NCBI GenBank assembly: GCA_964417925.1
Contig: CAYQJV010000002.1
Span: 20,952 to 84,951, forward strand
DNA: 64,000 nucleotides
Source of the DNA: an uncultured bacterium
Lineage (GTDB): Bacteria > Hydrothermota > Tepidihabitantia > B3-TA06 > CAYQJV01
Direction of reading: 5' to 3'
This document shows, piece after piece, positions 1 through 12,105 of the stretch (positions are counted from its first letter, which is position 1; the number at the start of each line of letters is the position of its first letter). A program made the translations under genes and the position numbers. The notes beneath the pieces are model-generated. The model made no database searches, was not told where the DNA came from, and saw only the letters and a list, made by a program, of their open reading frames with translations.

Positions 1-2
1 TT

Positions 3-278
3 TACAATAAGTACAGAGAAAAAGGAATAGAGATAATAGGGATAGGAATAGATAAAAAGGAGACGCTTAAAAAGTTTAAAAAAGAAATGAGCATAAACTA
101 TACAGTACTTGTGGATGAAAAGGGAACTGTGGCAAAAATGTATGGAGTTAGAGGTATTCCCACAACTTATATTCTTGACAGAAAAGGAAGGATAGTAGAA
201 AGACATGTAGGATTTATGCCAGGAATGGAAAGGAAGTTTGTAGAAACTGTTGAAAAACTTCTTTTAGAAAATTATTGA
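3..278 (+). CDS. TlpA-like thiol-disulfide oxidoreductase, 5'-truncated by window edge
   Basis: Frame is open from base 3 (YNKYREKGIEIIGIGID...); C-terminal YGVRGIPTTYILDRKGRIV is the TlpA/redoxin cis-Pro motif. CxxC lies outside the window. Confidence 0.8.
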   Translation, partial: YNKYREKGIEIIGIGIDKKETLKKFKKEMSINYTVLVDEKGTVAKMYGVRGIPTTYILDRKGRIVERHVGFMPGMERKFVETVEKLLLENY

Positions 279-302
279 AAGTAAGAAGAAGGAGGTGATA
301 TT

Positions 303-1802
303 ATGAAGAAACTTTCTTTAAAAACTACGGGAATAATTGTTGCCTCTGCTGCTATTTTTGCTTTCCTTGTGGGATTTTTACTCGCCACTTCTTTTAATTT
401 AGTAAGGTCATCTGGATATGCTGAAGAAACTCCGGTTGCAGATACCCTTATTCCCCATAGTCCTTTTGTTAAAGTCGCAGAAAAGATACTCCCTGCAGTT
501 GTGAACATCTCTACAACGAAGATAATAAAGGAAAGGATACCTGAGTTTTTTGAATTTCCTTTTGATGAGTTTTTCAAAAAATTTTTTGAAATTCCTGAAC
601 CTCTTTTTCCAAAAGAAGTAGAAAGGAAACTCTATAGTTTAGGATCAGGAGTGCTTATATCGGAAGATGGATACATAATTACCAATAATCATGTAATAGC
701 AGGGGCTGATGAAATTGTGGTTACACTGCACGATGGAACGAAATATCAAGGTAAAAAGGTAAAAGTAATAGGAAGGGATTCCAAAACAGATATAGCAGTG
801 TTAAAAATAGAGGACAAAAAGAGAAAATTCCCATATGCAAAACTTGGAGATTCTGATAAAATAAAGGTTGGGGATTGGGCTATTGCTATAGGAAATCCCT
901 TTGGGCTGGAAGGAACAGTTACCGTAGGAGTAATAAGTGCTACCGGAAGGTCAAGACTTCCTCTTCCGGAAGGGCCTGTATACCAAAATTTCATTCAAAC
1001 CGATGCTGCAATCAATCCTGGAAACTCTGGTGGGCCTTTATGTAACATTAATGGAGAAGTAATAGGAATTAATACTGCTATAAAAACAGCAGGGGTTATA
1101 GCAGGCAATATAGGGATAGGTTTTGCCATTCCTATAAACATGGCAAAACATGTAGCAGAGCAGTTAATAAAAAAAGGTAAAGTAGTAAGAGGGTATTTAG
1201 GGGTTTATATTCAACCTTTAACGCCTGAAATAAAGGAAGCAATTGGATTGAAAGAAAATTATGGAATTTTAATAGCAGATGTGATAAAGAATACCCCTGC
1301 AGAGAAAGCAGGAATTAAGCCTGGCGATGTGCTCTTGGAATACAATGGTAAAAAGGTGAAAGATGTTGAACATCTGAGAACTATGGTGGCCGATACTGAA
1401 CCTGGGAAAAAGGTAAAAGTTGTTGTATGGAGAGAAGGAAAAAGGATAACTTTGTATGTAAGAATAGGTGAAATGCCCGAAGAAGTTCCGGTAGTAGGAC
1501 AGAGATACGAACAAAAAGAAAAAAAATTACTTGGAATTGTAGTGCGTAACCTTACAGAAGAAGAAAAAAACAAAATAGGTGTAGATTATGGGGTATATGT
1601 AGTGTCTGTAGATTACCAATCTCCTGCAGCCGAAGCAGGTATTGCCAAAGGAGATATAATTCTAAAGGTAGACTATCAAAAAATATACAACACTGAAACA
1701 TTTGAGCGGATTGTAAAAAAAGGAATTAAAAGTAAAAAAACAATGCTCTTTTATATCTACAGAAATGGGCAAAAACGGTTCTTCCCCGTCAAACCAGAAT
1801 GA
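303..1802 (+). CDS. DegP/DegQ (HtrA) serine protease with two PDZ domains
   Basis: TNNHV, TDIAVLK, DAAINPGNSGGPL catalytic motifs; two PDZ-like repeats; AGGAGG SD upstream. Confidence 0.95.
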   Translation: MKKLSLKTTGIIVASAAIFAFLVGFLLATSFNLVRSSGYAEETPVADTLIPHSPFVKVAEKILPAVVNISTTKIIKERIPEFFEFPFDEFFKKFFEIPEPLFPKEVERKLYSLGSGVLISEDGYIITNNHVIAGADEIVVTLHDGTKYQGKKVKVIGRDSKTDIAVLKIEDKKRKFPYAKLGDSDKIKVGDWAIAIGNPFGLEGTVTVGVISATGRSRLPLPEGPVYQNFIQTDAAINPGNSGGPLCNINGEVIGINTAIKTAGVIAGNIGIGFAIPINMAKHVAEQLIKKGKVVRGYLGVYIQPLTPEIKEAIGLKENYGILIADVIKNTPAEKAGIKPGDVLLEYNGKKVKDVEHLRTMVADTEPGKKVKVVVWREGKRITLYVRIGEMPEEVPVVGQRYEQKEKKLLGIVVRNLTEEEKNKIGVDYGVYVVSVDYQSPAAEAGIAKGDIILKVDYQKIYNTETFERIVKKGIKSKKTMLFYIYRNGQKRFFPVKPE

Positions 1803-2904
1803 TGCTGTAAAGGAAGCTTCTGGTCTATCTGACAAGACGTTGTCACGTTACTTTAGGGAGATAATGAAATATCCTTTACTTTCTCCAGAGGAAGAAAAAG
1901 CGCTTGCAAAAAGAGCGAGAGAAGGAGATATTGAAGCCAGAAACAAGTTAATTCTTCATAATTTGCGATGGGTGGTTAACATTGCAAAGCAGTATCAAAA
2001 CAGAGGACTTTCTCTTGCAGAACTTATTAATGAAGGAAACGCAGGGTTAATACAAGCTGTAATGAAGTATGATGAAAGAAAAAAAACACGCCTTACCACG
2101 TATTCAAACTGGTGGATAAGATATTACATAGTTTCTGCATTGTTAAATAGGAACTTAATAAAACTTCCATCTAAATACCGAAGAATTGCTAAAAAAATAA
2201 AGGACAGTTATCCAAGAATAAGTCAAAAGATAGGTAGAGAACCTTCTATAGAAGAGCTGGCAGAAGAATTAGGAGTAACACCTGAGGATGTTAGTTATGC
2301 CTTTAATTGCGGTATTTCTGAACTTTCTTTACAAGATACATCTTTTGATAATGGCAAGATTACTTATGAAGAGCTTATAGAAAATACTATTACTCCATCT
2401 CCTGAAAGAGAGTTGGTAAGAAAATCTTTAAGTAATAGTATTGCAAAGGCTGTGAAAAGGTATTTGAATCCAAGAGAACGGTATGTTCTCTTCAGGCATT
2501 TTGGAATTTCTTTTCCTGAAGAAAGTTTTAGTATAAAAGAGATTGCAGAGATGACCGGTAGAAAAGAAGAGGAAATAAAAACGGCTATTAAAGCCATTTT
2601 TAAAAAGATCCTTACCCAACAAAAAAATATAGATCTAAGGAAAAAGGAACTTAAAAAAGAAATATATGAAAATTATGATAAAGTTAAAAAGGTTCTTAAA
2701 GAGGTCAACCTCTTTGAAAGAGAAGTCTTTTTGCTATATACAGGACTTGTATCAGGAGAGGAACCCATGAATTTACGAGAGATAGGGGATGTTTTAGGAA
2801 TTACCAGAGAGGCTTCAAGACAGATTAAAGAAAAAGCATTATCAAAACTTAAAAAGGTAATAAATCCTCAAGATTTTCATACTTACTTTAGGGAGGAAAT
2901 ATAA
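1765..2904 (+). CDS. Sigma70-family sigma factor (group 2/3-like) with duplicated region 4
   Basis: Region 1.2 (YFREIMKYPLLSPEEE), region 2 (NLRWVVNIAKQY, EGNAGL, TYSNWWIR), region 3 (GREPSIEELAEEL), two region-4-like HTH segments; no region 1.1. Confidence 0.9.
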   Translation: MGKNGSSPSNQNDAVKEASGLSDKTLSRYFREIMKYPLLSPEEEKALAKRAREGDIEARNKLILHNLRWVVNIAKQYQNRGLSLAELINEGNAGLIQAVMKYDERKKTRLTTYSNWWIRYYIVSALLNRNLIKLPSKYRRIAKKIKDSYPRISQKIGREPSIEELAEELGVTPEDVSYAFNCGISELSLQDTSFDNGKITYEELIENTITPSPERELVRKSLSNSIAKAVKRYLNPRERYVLFRHFGISFPEESFSIKEIAEMTGRKEEEIKTAIKAIFKKILTQQKNIDLRKKELKKEIYENYDKVKKVLKEVNLFEREVFLLYTGLVSGEEPMNLREIGDVLGITREASRQIKEKALSKLKKVINPQDFHTYFREEI

Positions 2905-3551
2905 TGATTCTTTTTCTCTTCTCTGAGCTACTTTTTTATAATCTCTCCTATGGATTCATTCATGCAGGAAAATTGATCATGGAGAAAAAAGATACTGTAA
3001 TGAACAATGATACACTTATTTGTTTAATGTCTGTACTAACTTCAAATCCTTCTCTATCTTTTCTCTTTAAGATAAACGACACTTTAATTTCCATTACAGA
3101 TAAGAATATAAGACCTCTTTATTTTGAAAGAATAATTCATGAAGGAAGGTTTAATCTCCATGAGAGGATAAAATTTGATAGAGAGAGGGGAAAAATAATT
3201 TATAATACCGGCGAAGAGTTTCCTCTACCCAAGGACAATGTTTTTGATATTCTCTCCGTGTATTACTACTTAAGAAGTTTGAGACTTTCTCCTTCCTGTA
3301 CTACAGATATTTTTGTCCACGTATCCAAAAAAACAGAAAAATACAGAATTTTTGTTTCAGAAGTTTCTGGGGTAAAAGTAAAGGACAAGTATTACGAATG
3401 TTACAAAATAACTCCTATATTAATAAATGGGAAAGACCATGGGAAATTAATGATCTCTTATACAACAAGAGATGATAGGAAACTTCCTGTTTTACTTATT
3501 GCAAAGTTAGGCATAGGAAGTATAAAGGGGGAATTGGAAAAATGGGAATAG
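2904..3551 (+). CDS. DUF3108-like exported protein
   Basis: ELLFYNLSYGFIHAG start, DILSVYYYLR, and C-terminal LPVLL..KLGIGSIKGEL pattern resemble DUF3108. Confidence 0.65.
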   Translation: MILFLFSELLFYNLSYGFIHAGKLIMEKKDTVMNNDTLICLMSVLTSNPSLSFLFKINDTLISITDKNIRPLYFERIIHEGRFNLHERIKFDRERGKIIYNTGEEFPLPKDNVFDILSVYYYLRSLRLSPSCTTDIFVHVSKKTEKYRIFVSEVSGVKVKDKYYECYKITPILINGKDHGKLMISYTTRDDRKLPVLLIAKLGIGSIKGELEKWE

Positions 3552-4570
3552 CCTATGCAGTTATTTTAGCAGGAGGAAAAGGAGAGAGATTTTGGCCCTA
3601 TAGTACTACTAATAGACCAAAGCAGTTTTTAAAACTTTTTTCTCATAATTCTTTAATAAGGAATACTAAAGAAAGACTTTCAAGAATTATTCCTTTGGAT
3701 AGACAGATATATGTACTACGCGAGGATTTAGTTGGACTTCTTAAAAAGGAAATTCCTGAACTTAAAGATAAAAACATACTTAAAGAACCCTTAAGTAAAA
3801 ATACAGCTCCTGCAATCGCACTTTCTGCTTGGTATCTTAGAGATTTTTTGGATGCAGTAATGGTGGTCCTACCTGCTGATCATTACATAAAAAAAGTTAC
3901 ATCTTACAGGAAAGATTTAAGAAAAGCAATAAAAATTGCATCCAAGTACAACTCACTTGTTACATTTGGAATTACTCCTTCTTATCCTGCAACTGGATAT
4001 GGATATATAGAAGTGGGCGAAGAGATCGAAAAAAAGATTTTTAGAGTAAAAAGATTTACCGAAAAGCCTTCTTTAAGGACTGCAAAACAATATTTAAAAA
4101 AAGGAAATTACTTTTGGAATAGTGGTATGTTCGTATGGAGAGTAAAAACAATTCTTTCTGCTTTTGAAAAATACATGCCGGATTTATACAAATATCTTAA
4201 AAAAGTTAATTTTAACCAGAGAAAAACCATAGAGATGTTTTATAAAAAAGCCCCCAGTATATCCATAGATTACGGAATAATGGAAAAGGCAGAAAATATT
4301 ACAATGATAAAGGCAGACTTTATATGGGATGATCTTGGAAGTTGGCTTGCTGTAGAAAGGCATGGTAAAAAGATAGGGAAAAATACAGGGATAGGGAACT
4401 TTTACAGTTTAGATTCAGAAGGATGTATTGTAGTAAACGAAGACGGAGTAGTTGCAATACTTGGTGTGAAGAACTTAATTGTTGTGAAGTACAAAAACAA
4501 AATTCTGGTTGCTGATAAAAAAAGAGCAGAGGATGTAAAAAAAATAGCCAAAATTATTGAAAAAAGATGA
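3542..4570 (+). CDS. manC: Mannose-1-phosphate guanylyltransferase
   Basis: VILAGGKGERFWP, PKQF, KNTAPAI, PADH, TGYGYIE, WNSGMF, SIDYGIMEK, WDDLGSW. Confidence 0.93.
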   Translation: MGIAYAVILAGGKGERFWPYSTTNRPKQFLKLFSHNSLIRNTKERLSRIIPLDRQIYVLREDLVGLLKKEIPELKDKNILKEPLSKNTAPAIALSAWYLRDFLDAVMVVLPADHYIKKVTSYRKDLRKAIKIASKYNSLVTFGITPSYPATGYGYIEVGEEIEKKIFRVKRFTEKPSLRTAKQYLKKGNYFWNSGMFVWRVKTILSAFEKYMPDLYKYLKKVNFNQRKTIEMFYKKAPSISIDYGIMEKAENITMIKADFIWDDLGSWLAVERHGKKIGKNTGIGNFYSLDSEGCIVVNEDGVVAILGVKNLIVVKYKNKILVADKKRAEDVKKIAKIIEKR

Positions 4571-4574
4571 TTTC

Positions 4575-4602
4575 TTGACCAAAGGAGAATTTGATGTATA
4601 AT
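4575..4602 (+). promoter_or_regulatory. Sigma70 promoter TTGACC-16-TATAAT
   Basis: Near-consensus hexamers upstream of the SPOR gene. Confidence 0.75.
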
Positions 4603-4647
4603 AGTTTGTGGAAAATTTTATTATAATTAAATATAAGGAGGTGAAGG

Positions 4648-5088
4648 ATGAGAAAATCTTTATTAATGCTTTTCATATTCCTGGGAACAGGAATTTTCTG
4701 TGTTCCCAGAAAGACTACCAAAGTGGTTGTCCCTGAAAAGGAATATACTCTTTATGAGATAGAAGAAGGAGAAAAGAAAGATACACTTGTCACCCGGGAA
4801 ATCACACCAGAAGAGACCATCAAAACACCTCCAAAAACTACACTTGGATACAGAGTTCAAATTTTCGCCTCTGCTACCCAAGAGGGAGCAGAAAGAGTTG
4901 CAGCAGAGGCAAGGTTTAAATTTACAGAACCTGTGTATGTTGAATATGAACCTCATCCCTTTGCTCCTTATAAGGTGAGAGTTGGGGATTTCCTTAACAA
5001 GTCAGATGCAGAGGTTTTAAGAAATCGTGCAAGGATGATGGGGTATTCAGATGCTTGGATAGTACAGACAGAAGTGAATGTACCGTGA
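4648..5088 (+). CDS. SPOR-domain lipoprotein
   Basis: Lipobox-like GIFC; GYRVQIFA and YKVRVGDF..GYSDAWIV SPOR pattern. Confidence 0.85.
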   Translation: MRKSLLMLFIFLGTGIFCVPRKTTKVVVPEKEYTLYEIEEGEKKDTLVTREITPEETIKTPPKTTLGYRVQIFASATQEGAERVAAEARFKFTEPVYVEYEPHPFAPYKVRVGDFLNKSDAEVLRNRARMMGYSDAWIVQTEVNVP

Positions 5089-5678
5089 ATAAAATAATTA
5101 TTGCTACAGGCAATCTTCATAAGCTTGACGAATACCGAAAATTACTTTATAATTATAAAGTAATAACTCCTTTGGAGGAGGGAATTATTTACAAAGGAGT
5201 TGAGGAAGGTGATGATTATAAAACGAATGCTGAGAAGAAAGTAGATGCTGTGCTTCAGCAAAAGAAGAATATATGGATATTGGGAGAAGATTCTGGATTA
5301 GAGGTGGATGCATTAAAGGGGAAACCTGGAACGAGATCTGCGAGGTTTGTAGGCAGTGATAAAGAGAACAGAGAAAAAATATTAGAGTTGATGACACAAA
5401 TTCCATGGTTTAAAAGGACTGCAAGATTCAGATGTGTGATAGTGTTATGGGATGGCAGAGAGAAACATATCTTTGAAGATACATGCGAGGGTTTAATTGG
5501 GGTGGAGGAAAAAGGAGAAAAAGGTTTTGGATATGATCCAATATTTATTCCTTGGGGATTTTCAAAGACTTTTGCAGAATTGGGAGAAAGGATAAAGAAC
5601 AAGATAAGTCACAGAGCTAAGGCTGTAAAAAAGTTAAAGGAATTTTTAGAAAGTCGGGGAGTAGCGCAGCCCGGATAG
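5085..5678 (+). CDS. rdgB: Non-canonical purine NTP pyrophosphatase (Ham1 family)
   Basis: ATGNLHKL, EDSGLEVDAL.G.PG, GFGYDPIF, KNKISHRAKA. GTG start at 5085 overlaps the upstream TGA. Stop lies inside tRNA-Pro. Confidence 0.93.
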   Translation: MNKIIIATGNLHKLDEYRKLLYNYKVITPLEEGIIYKGVEEGDDYKTNAEKKVDAVLQQKKNIWILGEDSGLEVDALKGKPGTRSARFVGSDKENREKILELMTQIPWFKRTARFRCVIVLWDGREKHIFEDTCEGLIGVEEKGEKGFGYDPIFIPWGFSKTFAELGERIKNKISHRAKAVKKLKEFLESRGVAQPG

Positions 5679-5729
5679 CGCACCTGCCTTGGGAGCAGGG
5701 GGTCGGTGGTTCAAATCCACTCTCCCCGA
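5655..5729 (+). tRNA. tRNA-Pro(TGG)
   Basis: Acceptor CGGGGAG/CTCCCCG, anticodon stem CCTGC-CTTGGGA-GCAGG, T-loop GGTTCAAATCC; no CCA encoded. Confidence 0.95.
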
Positions 5730-5750
5730 CGTTTAATTTTTTTTAAATAA

Positions 5751-9321
<3,571 letters not shown>

Positions 9322-9351
9322 TTTATACTCCTTTATTTTGTTTTCTTAAAA

Positions 9352-9380
9352 ATTATAGGCCTTTAATTGAACTTTGTCAA
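9352..9380 (-). promoter_or_regulatory. Sigma70 promoter TTGACA-17-TATAAT
   Basis: Perfect hexamers on the minus strand upstream of the radical SAM gene. Confidence 0.8.
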
Positions 9381-9474
9381 ATTAAATTTTACAACCTTAT
9401 TTTCTCTCTAAAAAGAGACGTAGGCATAAAAGTTCTTACGATATAAAAAAGATAAAATTAAATCAGTTAATAAC

Positions 9475-11244
9475 TCACATACTTGAGAGAATTTTAAATG
9501 TTTTTATTTTTTGCCTTTGTTTTATTTTTACAAAATATACTCCAGGAGATACAGAAATTTTCTTTTCTATAACATCTGATGTTACATATCCGTTAAATAT
9601 ATGAAGTACTTTTCTCCCACAGGGGTCATAAATTGCTATGTCTACCCGATGAGGAGAGTTAAAATTAAACTTGATTTTAAGCGTGTTCCCAAGATATGAT
9701 ATGCACATAATTTTAGAGTTTTGTTCTTTTTCTGTAATTCCAAGTACACCTTTTGGAATTGCAATTACCGGGATAAAAGCAGAAAGAGTAATCTCATCGC
9801 TTGTTTCTAATTTTTTTCCGTTTAATCCTTCAAAAAACTCATAGTTTCCTTCTGCTTTGGTCTCATAATAAAAATTTACTGTAGTATCTTTATTACTCTG
9901 CAATAGATATATCTTATAAGTTTGAAGGTCCTTTCCACTTATATCAGGTATGTCTTTGCAAAAACACTCAGCGGAAAGGGGGTCAGAAGTCTTTACCCAG
10001 TATCCATCCTCTTTATCTCCTCTTATGGTTGATGGACAGGCTGTAAGTTCAAACACTTTCAGATCTTCATATTTCAACACTGAATCAAGATGGGTGTTGT
10101 AAAGATACTTTACTAAACCTTTTAATGGATATGGATAGTTTTCTAAATCAAATTCATGCTCTCCTTTATATTCAAAGGATGATTCACCTGGATGAGCATT
10201 TTCCCATGCAATAAATTCCTCATAAATCTCATCAGGGGTTGACCATTTAACATCTTTTCCTATGAAGTATTTATTCATCCATTCAACAAATCTTTTAAAT
10301 TCGTCTCTCCTTTGGGAAAGTTCATGGTCATAGGGGTCAGGAGGATTCAAATTATAAAAATGCAGGGTTAAAGCAATGTCCCATACTTTTTCTATTCCTT
10401 TTGATTCAAGATACCATTTATTTAATAAAAGCATTATTAAATCCTTCTGTCTTGCAGGAACGGTTCCATCCTGAGGTGCTCCATAATGGGTTCCAGTACC
10501 CCCTATAACCTCAGCAGTAGGCGTTCTTACATAGATTCTTTGGTCTGGGTCTTCCCATAGCATACCTGTAGTATCTGGTCTAAAAGGATTCCATACACTG
10601 TGTTGAAAATACTCATAGAAGCACTCTTCGGTAAAGTTTGTTTCTATTTTAAATCCATGCATCATTGAGTTACCTTTGTCGTCTTTTAAGCTTCCCTCCA
10701 TAAATTTCATTCTCTGCACAGGTGCACATGCATAAGCTCCAGCATATTTCTTTACTATTTTCTCAACAGAATCTTTATCAATCCCCAAGGAAATCATTAT
10801 TAAACTATCAACATAACGTATATGGTCGTTTATCCCTTTTACAAGTTTTGCTGAATCTTGAATGTAGTTGTTGTATTCAAAATCCGAAAGACATAGTTCT
10901 GGAAGTATCACAACATCGGAAGGAGCCCATCGTCCATCCGGAAGTCTTGCCCATTGGTGAGCATGTATACCAAAGGTATGACCGCTTTGGGCTGCCTTTT
11001 TAATATAATATCTTACAGTTTCTGCTTCAGGAAAAGAAAGGAGTGCAGAATCTGCAAAATCTCCTTGGAACTCTATACATAGTTTTGGTCTTTTTTCATA
11101 AGGAAGGCTGTCAAGATAGCTTATAAGCCATTTAAAGTTCCTCACCCTTTCTTTAAATCCTCCCCAGTCTTTTGGAATACCTGATGGTTCATTGTGAACT
11201 ATTATATGAAAGTGAACGATTGATGAAAAAAGAAATAAAAGCAT
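9475..11244 (-). CDS. Secreted protein: putative NodB/CE4-like barrel plus T9SS-like C-terminal domain
   Basis: HNE and GIHAH motifs; C-terminal IAIYDPCGRKV...SPGVYFVKI...KI. Confidence 0.55.
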   Translation of the reverse strand: MLLFLFSSIVHFHIIVHNEPSGIPKDWGGFKERVRNFKWLISYLDSLPYEKRPKLCIEFQGDFADSALLSFPEAETVRYYIKKAAQSGHTFGIHAHQWARLPDGRWAPSDVVILPELCLSDFEYNNYIQDSAKLVKGINDHIRYVDSLIMISLGIDKDSVEKIVKKYAGAYACAPVQRMKFMEGSLKDDKGNSMMHGFKIETNFTEECFYEYFQHSVWNPFRPDTTGMLWEDPDQRIYVRTPTAEVIGGTGTHYGAPQDGTVPARQKDLIMLLLNKWYLESKGIEKVWDIALTLHFYNLNPPDPYDHELSQRRDEFKRFVEWMNKYFIGKDVKWSTPDEIYEEFIAWENAHPGESSFEYKGEHEFDLENYPYPLKGLVKYLYNTHLDSVLKYEDLKVFELTACPSTIRGDKEDGYWVKTSDPLSAECFCKDIPDISGKDLQTYKIYLLQSNKDTTVNFYYETKAEGNYEFFEGLNGKKLETSDEITLSAFIPVIAIPKGVLGITEKEQNSKIMCISYLGNTLKIKFNFNSPHRVDIAIYDPCGRKVLHIFNGYVTSDVIEKKISVSPGVYFVKIKQRQKIKTFKILSSM

Positions 11245-11253
11245 AAAACCTCC

Positions 11254-12096
11254 TTATATTTCAGTAACTTCGCTCAGTCCTACAAATATTATTTTCCCTT
11301 CATCAACAAGGGATTTTAATTTTTTTAACTCATTTTCAAAATCGCTTATGAACTTGTCATTTAAAGAAATTTGGAAAACGAATATTGTGTATGTGTATAT
11401 CTTTCCAGGAGGGGCTTTTCCTGTTTCTATATCATCAATCAATGTATACAATCCTTCAAAAAGATTTTTATTGTATCCTTTTCCCACGTATACGAGTTTT
11501 GCGTTATCATCATGTGTTGTGAAATTATACTTATCCTTTGGCTTCCATATACCTGATTCATAACTTTCTTCCCCTTGGTGTAAAAAGGATGCAGCTCCCC
11601 ATAGAATCTTTGGTTCCCAGGTATAGTCATACTTTCCACCGTGTATTGGTGAAAGGAAATGGTCAAATATACTTGAATCCACAGGGTACTGGATAAAACC
11701 TCCAACTACATTAGAAGGTCTTACTCTTAAGGAACCAATTAAATATGCCACATCTGCATAGTTATATTCTGTTTCATGGGCATGGGGATCTATCTCAAAA
11801 TTAAGATCTTCCTTAAGCCATCTGACAATGTTCTTACCATTTGTATCCAAAAGAACTGTTCCTGTGTCATACAAGAGGCATGCTTTAAGAAATGTCCAGT
11901 CTGATTGAAAGTTGTATTTTACGTTGTTTCTTTTAAGCATTAAGGCAAACTTTCTTAAATTTTCTCTGTGTGAATAATAATATCCAGGGTCTTCGGTATA
12001 ATTCTTATAGGCTGAATTCTTTGGTTCTTCATTGTGGGAAACAATACTTACATACACAGGAGTTCTTAGATAAAGGAAAGCAAAAAATACCTGCAT
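11254..12096 (-). CDS. Paralogue of the N-terminal domain of 9475..11244, no C-terminal sorting domain
   Basis: SIVSHNEE, FQSDW, DPHAHE line up with IIVHNEP, FQGDF, GIHAHQ of the neighbour. Confidence 0.55.
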   Translation of the reverse strand: MQVFFAFLYLRTPVYVSIVSHNEEPKNSAYKNYTEDPGYYYSHRENLRKFALMLKRNNVKYNFQSDWTFLKACLLYDTGTVLLDTNGKNIVRWLKEDLNFEIDPHAHETEYNYADVAYLIGSLRVRPSNVVGGFIQYPVDSSIFDHFLSPIHGGKYDYTWEPKILWGAASFLHQGEESYESGIWKPKDKYNFTTHDDNAKLVYVGKGYNKNLFEGLYTLIDDIETGKAPPGKIYTYTIFVFQISLNDKFISDFENELKKLKSLVDEGKIIFVGLSEVTEI

Positions 12097-12105
12097 ATTA
12101 ACTTC

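Noticed and set aside
4607-4615. Single TGTGGAAAA DnaA-like box downstream of the SPOR promoter
   Set aside because: One relaxed-consensus match is expected by chance in AT-rich DNA.
11245-11260. Frameshift or premature stop removing a CTD from the 280-aa paralogue
   Set aside because: The stop is followed directly by the next gene's GGAGG SD and ATG, leaving no room for a lost domain.
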